NCBI GenBank assembly: GCA_040753015.1
Contig: JBFMHM010000005.1
Location: forward strand, 14,730-78,729
Origin: Candidatus Omnitrophota bacterium
GTDB taxonomy: Bacteria; Omnitrophota; Gorgyraeia; Gygaellales; JBFMHM01
DNA length: 64,000 nucleotides
Direction of reading: 5' to 3'
Shown here: piece after piece, positions 1-9,044 of the stretch
How the letters are laid out: each line of letters opens with the position of its first letter
How positions within the stretch are numbered: position 1 is the first letter of the stretch
Notes under the pieces: generated by a model
What the model saw: only the letters and a program-made list of their open reading frames with translations
Told to the model about the DNA's origin: nothing
Database searches by the model: none
Made by a program: the position numbers and the translations under genes

Positions 1-296
1 ATATCAATAAAACCAATGTTCTGCCTCTTTAGTTGCTCAAGATGATTCTCATTATCTCGCAAGGCAAGAAGACCTGCATGAATTTTAGGATGCAAAGTTT
101 TAACGCGCCCGTCGAGCATTTCAGGAAAACCCGTGTAATCAGAAATTTCAACCGCTGGTATATTATTCTCTTTTAAAATCTTAGCTGTGCCGCCTGTTGA
201 AATTATCTCTATGCCTTGTGCATTAAGTTCTTTGGCAAATTCCACTATGCCATTTTTATCTGACACACTGATTAAGGCTCTTTTTATTTTAACCAT
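1..296 (-). CDS. purH: Bifunctional AICAR transformylase/IMP cyclohydrolase, N-terminal part (runs off the window)
   Basis: Manual translation gives [24 protein letters not shown]...ISTGGTA...[19 protein letters not shown], the PurH MGS-like N-terminus. Confidence 0.93.
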   Translation of the reverse strand, partial: MVKIKRALISVSDKNGIVEFAKELNAQGIEIISTGGTAKILKENNIPAVEISDYTGFPEMLDGRVKTLHPKIHAGLLALRDNENHLEQLKRQNIGFID

Positions 297-297
297 A

Positions 298-975
298 TTA
301 TTTATTAAATCTAAATATTAAGGAATCTCCGTCGCAAACAATATATTCTTTACCTTCAAGGCGCATAACCGGTTTTAAGTCATGCACAGTAGTTGCTTTT
401 TCAATATCCGGCCAATTTACTACTTCTGCTTTAATAAACCCTCTTTCAATATCTGAATGAATTATGCCTGCAGCAAGAGGCGCAGTTACGCCTTTTTTTA
501 TAAGCCAAGCGCGGGCTTCTTTTTCTCCGGCAGTAAAATAAGAAATATAGCCGCAGGATGCAATAATCTCACCAATCTCTTTAGAAAAATTTTCCTGTTC
601 TTTTAATAAATACACCGGCTTAAGGCTAAGAAGGTTCATATTAGCTAAAAATTGCCTATCTTCTTCGGATAAATCAAGTTCTGAGATAAATTTTTCTTTT
701 TCTAGGCCTTCTTTAAGCTTAATAAAAAGCTCCCTTTTTTCTGGCTGGCTTTCAATATACTTCTCTGTCAATTCTAGGTCTTTAAAAATAAGTTCTAATT
801 TTTCACTTTCTAGACAGACAATTCCATCAGCCTCTATTAAATTATCTTTAATTAAACTAATCGTAATATAGGTCTTTTTTTTGGCTTTATAAAATTCTTC
901 TAACTTATCTAAACGGCTATCCTTAAAAGTTATTTTATCTTTCTCTGGGCTAAACCCAATAATTCCAATTTTCAT
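298..975 (-). CDS. Shortened YchF-like protein (C-terminal TGS/DUF933 domain; P-loop absent)
   Basis: C-terminal [45 protein letters not shown] is typical of YchF; no GxxxxGKS motif. Confidence 0.8.
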   Translation of the reverse strand: MKIGIIGFSPEKDKITFKDSRLDKLEEFYKAKKKTYITISLIKDNLIEADGIVCLESEKLELIFKDLELTEKYIESQPEKRELFIKLKEGLEKEKFISELDLSEEDRQFLANMNLLSLKPVYLLKEQENFSKEIGEIIASCGYISYFTAGEKEARAWLIKKGVTAPLAAGIIHSDIERGFIKAEVVNWPDIEKATTVHDLKPVMRLEGKEYIVCDGDSLIFRFNK

Positions 976-1023
976 ATTTGTCCTTTATTATTATATTTAG
1001 AAAAATATTAAAGAGAGATTATT

Positions 1024-1052
1024 ATTATAGGTAAATTAGGATTTATAGTCAA
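1024..1052 (-). promoter_or_regulatory. Sigma70-type promoter for the ychF-like gene and purH
   Basis: TTGACT-17 nt-TATAAT on the minus strand. Confidence 0.65.
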
Positions 1053-1070
1053 GCCCAGTTTTATAGTTCT

Positions 1071-2246
1071 TTACTCTAGGTAGGTATAAATTTTACCCTT
1101 ATAATTGCGTAGGACATATTTACCCTTGGCTTGAGACAATAGATAATTTGGAGAAACTGGAATTTTACCGCCGCCGCCTGGGCCGTCAATAACATATGTT
1201 GGTACAGCATACCCTGAAGTAAAACCACGGAGTCTTTCGATAATATTTATCCCTACAGAAACCGGGGTTCTAAAATGGCTAGTCCCTCTGACCGGATCAC
1301 ATTGATAAATATAATAAGGCCTGACGCGGATTTGTAAAAGTTCATGCATTAATTTTCGCATTATATAAGTCCGATCATTGATACCCTTTAAAAGTACTGT
1401 TTGGCTACCTAAAACAAAACCATTATCTGCGAGTAAATTACATGCCTCTTTAGTGCGGCGAGTAACTTCTCTATAATGGTTAAAATGAATGCTTATCCAA
1501 AGCGGTGAGTATTTCTTTAATATTTTAATCAACCCTTCATTAATACGTTGCGGTAAAGATACAGGTGTGCGCGTGCCAATTCTTACAAATTCAACATGAG
1601 GAACACTACGTACTTTCTTTAATATCTCTTCAATAATATTATCCTCCAGCATAAATGGATCGCCGCCGGAAATAAGCACATCTCGTATCTTTTTATTTGA
1701 ACGTATATAATCAATAGCTAGATCTAAAGTTTCTAGGCTTAAAACATCTTCTTTTTTATCTCCAACGAGACGCCTTCGCGTACAATGACGGCAATACATC
1801 GCACAATGCTCGGTAGCCAAAAGCAATACTCTGTCTGGGTAACGATGCACGAGCCCGGGTACAGGGGAATCCCTGTCTTCTGCACAAGGATCTGCCATCT
1901 CACTATGTGTAGTAAAAAATTCTAAACTTGTCGGGACAGCCTGCCTCCTAAATGAACAGTTTGGATCATCCGGGTCCATATAACTTGCCCAATAAGGCGT
2001 GATAGCCATCGACAAGCGCCCCTTTGCATTCTTTAATCCATCTTCTTCTTGAGGAGTGAGATTAATTACCTGCCTTAACTCTTCTACTTTTCTAATACTA
2101 TGTTTAACCTGCCAACGCCAATCTTCCCAATCAAGGGGATTAATATCTTTAAATAACAATATATCTTGATAATCCCCTGGGCGTCTCTTTTGAATTTGCG
2201 GAGCTTCTTGAGAAACTATTTTTTCAACTGTTTCCTGTTTTTGCAA
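1071..2246 (-). CDS. kamA: Lysine 2,3-aminomutase family radical SAM protein
   Basis: HRYPDRVLL, CAMYCRHCTR, SGGDP, PGGGGKIP (PLP lysine). Confidence 0.9.
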   Translation of the reverse strand: MQKQETVEKIVSQEAPQIQKRRPGDYQDILLFKDINPLDWEDWRWQVKHSIRKVEELRQVINLTPQEEDGLKNAKGRLSMAITPYWASYMDPDDPNCSFRRQAVPTSLEFFTTHSEMADPCAEDRDSPVPGLVHRYPDRVLLLATEHCAMYCRHCTRRRLVGDKKEDVLSLETLDLAIDYIRSNKKIRDVLISGGDPFMLEDNIIEEILKKVRSVPHVEFVRIGTRTPVSLPQRINEGLIKILKKYSPLWISIHFNHYREVTRRTKEACNLLADNGFVLGSQTVLLKGINDRTYIMRKLMHELLQIRVRPYYIYQCDPVRGTSHFRTPVSVGINIIERLRGFTSGYAVPTYVIDGPGGGGKIPVSPNYLLSQAKGKYVLRNYKGKIYTYLE

Positions 2247-3261
2247 CTAACTGCTCCTTTTTTAATCCATATCGTTCTTTCGCCGCTTCTATAATTTTTG
2301 CGATTGTATCGCTAAAAGTTAAACCCATATATTCTGATACGAGTACAAACACATCCTCACAAGATAAGCTCGGCAAAGGATTAATTTCTAAGACAAAAGG
2401 ATTATTATTTTCATCAATCCTAAAATCAACCCTGCCGAAATCCCGGCATTCAACTGCATTATAGGTTAAAAGAGCATACCTCTGCATTGTTTCATTAAGA
2501 ACTTTTGAAAAATCATTATCAAACACATATTCAACATTGTCTTTTTTATACTTTAGATAATCATGTGTATAAAATTTATCTTTTAAATTAGACTGACCAT
2601 CAATTTTTATCTGTGATACCGGCAAAGCTTGTGCTTTATGTTTATTGCCAATAATCCCAACTGTCGCCTCTTTACCTGAAATAAATTCTTCAACTATCGC
2701 GGCCTGCTTATAGTTTATATTTACGTGCCTAATTCTTTTCTTAAGCTCATCAATGCTTGTTACCCTTGCGCTATCAGTTAGGCCTTTAGAAGAACCTTCG
2801 AAACGCGGCTTAACAATCATCGGAAAATTCATCCCTTTGATCTGATTATCAACGCTAGTTAAATCTTCTGCTTGAAAGAATTTTGGCGTCGGGATACCTT
2901 CGGCAACAAGAATTTTTTTTGTTAAGTATTTGTCTAGGGTCAGCCCTAAGGTTAAAGCATCTGCGCCAACAAATGGTATATCTTTTAGCTCAAGCAACAT
3001 GGGAACCTGAGATTCCCTATTCCTTCCTTTTGTCCCTTCACAGATATTAAAAACAAGATCAACGCCGAGGTTATTCAAACTAGAAATAACTCTATTAATA
3101 TTGCCAATTTTTTTAACTTTATAACCCAAAGACTCAATTGTCTTTGCCAAATTATCAATGGTCCCTTCGCTATCAAATTCGGCATTTATATCTTCGGGAT
3201 CGCCGATATTTGGCTTATAATCTGCTTTTAAATCAAAAGTTATTCCAATTGTATCTACCAT
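2224..3261 (-). CDS. D-Ala-D-Ala ligase-like ATP-grasp enzyme (KamA-associated type)
   Basis: AEFD, FNICEG, IVKPRFEGSSKG, RVDFR, LEINPLP. Start moved to ATG 3261 because the upstream ATG lies inside a hairpin. Confidence 0.8.
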   Translation of the reverse strand: MVDTIGITFDLKADYKPNIGDPEDINAEFDSEGTIDNLAKTIESLGYKVKKIGNINRVISSLNNLGVDLVFNICEGTKGRNRESQVPMLLELKDIPFVGADALTLGLTLDKYLTKKILVAEGIPTPKFFQAEDLTSVDNQIKGMNFPMIVKPRFEGSSKGLTDSARVTSIDELKKRIRHVNINYKQAAIVEEFISGKEATVGIIGNKHKAQALPVSQIKIDGQSNLKDKFYTHDYLKYKKDNVEYVFDNDFSKVLNETMQRYALLTYNAVECRDFGRVDFRIDENNNPFVLEINPLPSLSCEDVFVLVSEYMGLTFSDTIAKIIEAAKERYGLKKEQLVAKTGNS

Positions 3262-3278
3262 AATATAAGATTTATAGA

Positions 3279-3308
3279 AAAAGCTCATCCCTCTAAAGAT
3301 GAGCTTTT
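3279..3308. terminator. Terminator-like hairpin
   Basis: aaaagctcatc-cctctaaa-gatgagctttt, 11-bp stem with A/T tails. Confidence 0.5.
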
Positions 3309-3395
3309 AAAAATATCTAAAAAATTTTAATTTAATTTTCTCCTTTTATTTTTTTTATCACAACACAAAATTAAAGTCAAGAAAAAAATATAATA

Positions 3396-4028
3396 TTAAT
3401 TAACAAACGGGCTCCTTACATCAATTCCTAAAATATTAATCCTATCAAATATATCCTTTGTATTTTTAAATTGGACTGCGTATAAACCGAGTTTGCCTGC
3501 AGCTTCGATTAAATCTTTCCGATCATCAATATATATTGTCTCGTCTGGCTTAGTCCCCAAAAATGCAAGTGCCCGCTTATAAATCGATGGATGTGGCTTA
3601 ACCATATTCATCTCAAAAGAAAGGATCTTATATGTAAAATCGAAAATAAAATAATATTTTTCCTTTAAATAATCATAATGTAGTTTATTTATATTCGAAA
3701 GCACAAGTATAGGAAATTTTTTATTAAGTTCCTGTGCTAAGGATAAAATTAGAGCGTTCTCTTCACTGAAATAAAAAATTTCGTTCCAAATTTTTACAAA
3801 TTCATCGTAGGAAATTTCACAATTTAATCTTTTTTTAACTTCCATATAAAATTCGAAAGGCATAATTTTACCTTCTTCAAAAGACCTAGTAAGATCAGAA
3901 TCAAAAAAAAGATTATAAATATATTCTGAGTCCATATTTTTTATTAGGGGGGCTATCCGGCTTACTGCGATATTATGATCAAAATTAATCAAAACATTGC
4001 CTAAATCAAAAATAAATCCTTTAACCAT
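3396..4028 (-). CDS. HAD-family phosphatase (YihX-like)
   Basis: FDLGNVL, LSN, KP, YIDD motifs. Confidence 0.85.
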   Translation of the reverse strand: MVKGFIFDLGNVLINFDHNIAVSRIAPLIKNMDSEYIYNLFFDSDLTRSFEEGKIMPFEFYMEVKKRLNCEISYDEFVKIWNEIFYFSEENALILSLAQELNKKFPILVLSNINKLHYDYLKEKYYFIFDFTYKILSFEMNMVKPHPSIYKRALAFLGTKPDETIYIDDRKDLIEAAGKLGLYAVQFKNTKDIFDRINILGIDVRSPFVN

Positions 4029-4999
4029 TAATTTCCTCTTGGTTTTTGTTTCTTAAATAAATCTAAAAATCTGTCTTCATATTCTTTATAAATACCCCAT
4101 TTATCTAATTCTTGTTTTAAGATAGTCGCGTTTTTTAAATCTTTTTTTGCTTCTTCAAATAATTGCTCAATTCTTAATTTAACAGATTGCGGTAAATTTG
4201 TATATTGGCCCAGAGTATATTTTAAATGCTCAATTTCTTCGTCGCCTATCGGTGGAGGTGCAGAACCGCCTCCTTTTAAAAAATCAATTAATTGTTCTAT
4301 CTGGCCCTGGATTTCCTGTGCCTGCATTTCCAAGTCTTTTAAGCTAATATTTATTGAAAGCATGCTCATTAAAATTTCTAATATCGCAATAGCGGCCCTT
4401 GGATTCTCGAGTTGTACAGCATACAGAGGTATTTCGCCTAGTAGGCAAACTCCTTTTATCCCTCTTTTTTTAGCCATGCCCAAAAATAAACCATTCATCC
4501 CGCTTACATGCCCCTCTTTCATAAATTTTACATTATACTTTCCAAATATATCAATTAATTCTTTATCTGTAACTGCTGCCCAAACATTCGGCTTTGTTAA
4601 ATGATCTATAGGCAAAGGCATAGCAGCAAAACTAAATATTATTTTTATTTTTAATTGTATTATAAAATCAAGCAGTGCATCACAATAATTATTTGCAAAG
4701 ACTAAATCTGGCTGAGCATTACTAATAAATACTACTAAATCATTTGAACCGGCTTTATTTTTATAGACAAAAAATTTACTGTAAGGCAATTCTGTTAAAT
4801 CTAATAGATCATTTTTTATTGTTACGCCTGTCGGATAAAAGAAACTTTCTGGGTTTAACACAAAAAATTCTTCCATCTTTAGCTTTTCAATTAAATTTAA
4901 AGCAACTTTATAAGCCACATCCCCCATTCCTGGCCAAGCAACTATAAGTATCGGATTTTTAAGTTTTAATCGGGGAAATTTATTTTTGTTTTTATCCAT
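4028..4999 (-). CDS. PAC2 (proteasome assembly chaperone 2) family protein
   Basis: LKNPILIVAWPGMGDVA, GMNGLFLG, CLLGEIP, NPRAA. Confidence 0.75.
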   Translation of the reverse strand: MDKNKNKFPRLKLKNPILIVAWPGMGDVAYKVALNLIEKLKMEEFFVLNPESFFYPTGVTIKNDLLDLTELPYSKFFVYKNKAGSNDLVVFISNAQPDLVFANNYCDALLDFIIQLKIKIIFSFAAMPLPIDHLTKPNVWAAVTDKELIDIFGKYNVKFMKEGHVSGMNGLFLGMAKKRGIKGVCLLGEIPLYAVQLENPRAAIAILEILMSMLSINISLKDLEMQAQEIQGQIEQLIDFLKGGGSAPPPIGDEEIEHLKYTLGQYTNLPQSVKLRIEQLFEEAKKDLKNATILKQELDKWGIYKEYEDRFLDLFKKQKPRGN

Positions 5000-5048
5000 A
5001 TGTTCTCCAAGATTAATAAAGGCATATCTTGCATTTATACCAAATTTT

Positions 5049-6302
5049 TTAGCGGATGCAAGTAATTTTCTTTATAATTTTATATCCTAAATATATAAAT
5101 AATAACTGCACGAGTATTGCAATCCTATATTTTAATATACCTAAGCTGCCAAATGCCCACACAACAACACCCCAAACAAGGGGCCCGATAATCGCCGAAG
5201 ATTTACCGGTAAGCCCTAACAAACCAAATATTTCTCCAACTTTTTCTTTTGGGCATAGATGTATCGCTAGCGCACGCGTAGAAACCCAAGTCGTACCAAG
5301 CGATATCCCGATTAGAGGCCCAATAAACCAAAAACATAATTTATTAAACGACACTGCGGCAAGGCCTAAACTAAGCATCCAAATTTTTAACATAAATTTT
5401 GTTGCTTTCAAAGAACCAAGCTTGTCTGTAACTACTCCAAATATAATTGAGCCAGCAGCGGCAAATATAGTAGACATAATAAAAAATGTGTGTATTTCAG
5501 AATCACTAAAACCCATTACCTTTTTTGTATATATTGCCATGAAAATAATAACTGTAGAGACAGCGTTAAGGAAAATAAACGAAGCGATTATAAAAGTACG
5601 CAACCCGGGGAAACTTTTAGTATCAATAAATGTCTGTTTAATCCTTAAAAAAGCACTCTTAAAGATACTTAAGTTTAAAAAATCACTTAGATTTATTTTA
5701 TTTTGTTCTCTCTCTTTAACAAATAAAAAGCATGGTAAAGCAAATAAAAAGAAATATATTGCTGTTGGGATAAATGCCGCGCGATAACCATACGATAAAA
5801 CGAAAGGTTTAACTAAAATCATTCCTGTGATCGCCCCAATATATCCTAAACTTACACCTACACCAGAAATTCTGCCCACATCAAAAGACTTAGAGACATC
5901 AAATAATAATGCATTATAAAATATTGCGCCTACTTGGTAGGCAAGATTTGCGACTGAAAAAAATATTAATCCCCAAAGCAGGCTATCTGAAATTCTAATC
6001 ATACCGGTAAATATACAACAAAGAATTGTAAAAAAAACTAAATATGGCATCTTTGACTTTTGTTTATCAGATACCGCTCCTAAAATTGGCTCTAATATTG
6101 CAGCAATAATCATCGAGGTTGAAAGTGCTAAACTATAATAAATGTCCTGTCCGCCTTTTTCTATAACTATCCAAAGAGCAAAATACAAGGTTACTATGTT
6201 CATCGAAAACATAGTATTAGCAAAATCATATAACCCCCAAGAAGCAATTGTCAGAATATTACGTAGGTGAATACCCAAATTATTTTTTATATTATTATTC
6301 AT
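5049..6302 (-). CDS. MFS transporter (ATG22/UMF1-like)
   Basis: SWGLYDFAN N-terminus, about 12 TM segments, PILGAVSD. Confidence 0.85.
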   Translation of the reverse strand: MNNNIKNNLGIHLRNILTIASWGLYDFANTMFSMNIVTLYFALWIVIEKGGQDIYYSLALSTSMIIAAILEPILGAVSDKQKSKMPYLVFFTILCCIFTGMIRISDSLLWGLIFFSVANLAYQVGAIFYNALLFDVSKSFDVGRISGVGVSLGYIGAITGMILVKPFVLSYGYRAAFIPTAIYFFLFALPCFLFVKEREQNKINLSDFLNLSIFKSAFLRIKQTFIDTKSFPGLRTFIIASFIFLNAVSTVIIFMAIYTKKVMGFSDSEIHTFFIMSTIFAAAGSIIFGVVTDKLGSLKATKFMLKIWMLSLGLAAVSFNKLCFWFIGPLIGISLGTTWVSTRALAIHLCPKEKVGEIFGLLGLTGKSSAIIGPLVWGVVVWAFGSLGILKYRIAILVQLLFIYLGYKIIKKITCIR

Positions 6303-6362
6303 GCGTATATTATACTATTTTTTTATTGTAAGTCACGCTATTGTGGTATAATTTAAACCGCT

Positions 6363-9044
6363 ATGGATAAAAAAATGTTAATTCATAAAAGATTTCAGGA
6401 TACAACAAACAAATTTCCCGATAAAACTTGCCTACAATATAAAGAAGCTAATCAATACAAAATTATTACATACCGCCAAGTAGAAACCCAAAGTTTAAAG
6501 ATAGCAAATTTCCTAATTATAAATAATATTAATCCTGGTGATACTGCCGTATTAATCTCAGAAAACTGTTATGCCTGGCCAATAATATATTTAGGTATAA
6601 TGTTCAGCGGGGCTACTTGTATACCTGTTGATCCACAGGTAAAAAAAAGAGAAATTGAAAATATATTATTGGACTCCCAAGCAAAGATTATTTTTATTTC
6701 AGAAACTATTTATCAAATTTTTGTCAATTTTCCCGAGCTTGAGAAAAATCTGATTAAAATTATCGTTATAAAAAAGGATGTGAGTAGAGAAAAATATGTT
6801 GGCTTTGAAAAAATTATTCAAGATTATGAAACACAACAAATCCTACCAGAAATAGAACCCTCAAACCTTGCATCTATATTATACACCTCTGGGACAACCT
6901 CAAATCCAAAAGGCGTATGTATTAGCCATTATAATTTCTGCTCTGACGTTGACTGCATTTTAAAAACAAAATTACAAAAACCAAATGATAATTATATTTC
7001 AATACTTCCTCTTTATCACACATATGCATTCACCGCAACATTCTTAGTGCCATTTTTTACCGGCGGTTGCATTACATATATCAATACCCTGAATACCAAA
7101 GAAATAACACAAACAATAAAAGAAACGAATATTACAGTGATGGTTAGCGTACCACAGATGTTTAACCTGATTCATAAAAATATCTTTGATAAAATTTACA
7201 ATCAGGGTTTTTTAAACAGAAATTTAATTTTATTTTTAATAAATATTTGCGGATTTATTAAATTTAATTTCGGTATAAATTTAGGAAAAATTGTTTTTGC
7301 AAAAATTCATAATATGTTAGGCAAAAATTTGCGAATCTTAAATAGCGGCGGAGCAAAACTAGACCAAAAAGTCTATTTAGACTTAAATAAACTTGGTTTT
7401 AATCTTACGAATGGCTACGGCTTAACCGAAACATCCCCTGTTGTTACTTTGCTCAAAACCTCTGAAATTAAACCTGGATCTGTTGGTAAGCCGCTACCAG
7501 GGATAGAAATCAAAATTAATAATCCGGATAAAAGGGGAGTAGGTGAAATTCTAATTAAAGGCCCAAATGTTATGCAAGGGTATTTTAAACGTAAAGACTT
7601 AACTGATGAGGTGATAAAAGACAATTGGTTCTATTCTGGCGACCTTGGTTTTATTGATAAGAATGGTTACCTTTATATTACTGCACGTATTAAAGAAGTT
7701 ATAGTTTTATCTTCGGGAAAGAATATTTATCCCGATGAAATTGAAGAAGTTTTACTACAAAGCCCCTATATAAAAGAGGCCTGCGTATTTTCCTTAGCAG
7801 ATGGGGCAAAAGAAGCTTTGCATGCGGCAATTCTTCCTGATATTGAATATTTTAAAGCTCAAAAAGAAATCAATATTAATCAAAAAATACGTTGGGAACT
7901 AGAAAATCTTTCAAAAAATCTTGCAAATTATAAGCATATTATGAGTTTTTCTATCGAAAAAGACCCTCTACCCCGCACGCATCTGGGGAAAATAAGAAGA
8001 TATATAGTTAAAGAAAATTATATTAAAAGAAAAGTTATCTCTGGACAAGAAAAACAAACTACGCCCCAGCAACTATCAGAAAGCTCAAAAAAAATAATCT
8101 ACTTTTTAAGCCATGAATTAAAAAAACCAGTCGATGTTAACGATCATCTTGAACTCGATTTAGGAATAGATTCTCTAACAAGAGTAGAACTAGTTTTAAA
8201 ACTTGAAAGGTATCTTGGCGCAAGCCTGGATGAAAATTTCATTGCAGACATCTTTACTGTAAATGATTTAATTTCAAAGATAGAGCAATTCAAGAATAAG
8301 GAACCAATAGTTAACAAAGATAAGCAAAAGTTGTCTTGGCAAGATATACTAAATCAAAAACTTGATAAGAATATCCTCGAAAAAATTAAATTAAACCAAT
8401 CTAATATCGAGAAAATATTATTTTTTACTTCAACAAGTCTACTATATTTAATTTTTAAAATTTTCTGGAAGATAGAGATAAAAAATAAAGAGCAACTTCC
8501 AACAAATGGCCCATATATTATTTGCCCAAACCATGCTAGTTTTCTCGACGGATTTGCTATTGGTATTTCTTTACCATATATTATTAGGCAAAAAGCCTTT
8601 TTCTTCGGACTTACTGCCTATTTTGAAAATAAAATTATTTCATGGTCAGATAAATTTTTAAAAGTAATACCTATAGACCCTCTAACAAATTTAACTGGTG
8701 CAATGCAGGCGGCAAGTTTTGTTTTAAAAAATAATAGAATAATGTGTATTTTCCCTGAAGGTGAACGTTCTAGCGACGGAAATGTAAAGAATTTTAAAAA
8801 AGGTGTTGGGATATTAGCAAAAGAGTTAAATGTTGTTTTAGTTCCGGTTTATATCGCGGGAAGTTTTTCTGCTTGGGGACGCGGTAGAAAATTTCCTAGA
8901 AGCCATCCTATTACTGTAATTTTTGGAAAACCAAAGACTTGGCAAGAATTTAAACAAAATAATACAACCCCAGATATTGATGAATATCAAGTAATTGCAA
9001 ATGGTATACGAGATGAAGTAATAAAACTTAAAACGCCTGATTAA
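6363..9044 (+). CDS. Long-chain acyl-CoA/ACP synthetase fused to a carrier domain and a PlsC-type acyltransferase
   Basis: YTSGTTSNPKG, GYGLTE, SGDLG; DLGIDSL carrier serine; NHASFLD and FPEGER. Confidence 0.85.
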   Translation: MDKKMLIHKRFQDTTNKFPDKTCLQYKEANQYKIITYRQVETQSLKIANFLIINNINPGDTAVLISENCYAWPIIYLGIMFSGATCIPVDPQVKKREIENILLDSQAKIIFISETIYQIFVNFPELEKNLIKIIVIKKDVSREKYVGFEKIIQDYETQQILPEIEPSNLASILYTSGTTSNPKGVCISHYNFCSDVDCILKTKLQKPNDNYISILPLYHTYAFTATFLVPFFTGGCITYINTLNTKEITQTIKETNITVMVSVPQMFNLIHKNIFDKIYNQGFLNRNLILFLINICGFIKFNFGINLGKIVFAKIHNMLGKNLRILNSGGAKLDQKVYLDLNKLGFNLTNGYGLTETSPVVTLLKTSEIKPGSVGKPLPGIEIKINNPDKRGVGEILIKGPNVMQGYFKRKDLTDEVIKDNWFYSGDLGFIDKNGYLYITARIKEVIVLSSGKNIYPDEIEEVLLQSPYIKEACVFSLADGAKEALHAAILPDIEYFKAQKEININQKIRWELENLSKNLANYKHIMSFSIEKDPLPRTHLGKIRRYIVKENYIKRKVISGQEKQTTPQQLSESSKKIIYFLSHELKKPVDVNDHLELDLGIDSLTRVELVLKLERYLGASLDENFIADIFTVNDLISKIEQFKNKEPIVNKDKQKLSWQDILNQKLDKNILEKIKLNQSNIEKILFFTSTSLLYLIFKIFWKIEIKNKEQLPTNGPYIICPNHASFLDGFAIGISLPYIIRQKAFFFGLTAYFENKIISWSDKFLKVIPIDPLTNLTGAMQAASFVLKNNRIMCIFPEGERSSDGNVKNFKKGVGILAKELNVVLVPVYIAGSFSAWGRGRKFPRSHPITVIFGKPKTWQEFKQNNTTPDIDEYQVIANGIRDEVIKLKTPD

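Noticed and set aside
5056-5787. 243-aa plus-strand ORF and the other short antisense ORFs in the track
   Set aside because: They lie opposite well-supported genes and show shadow-ORF composition
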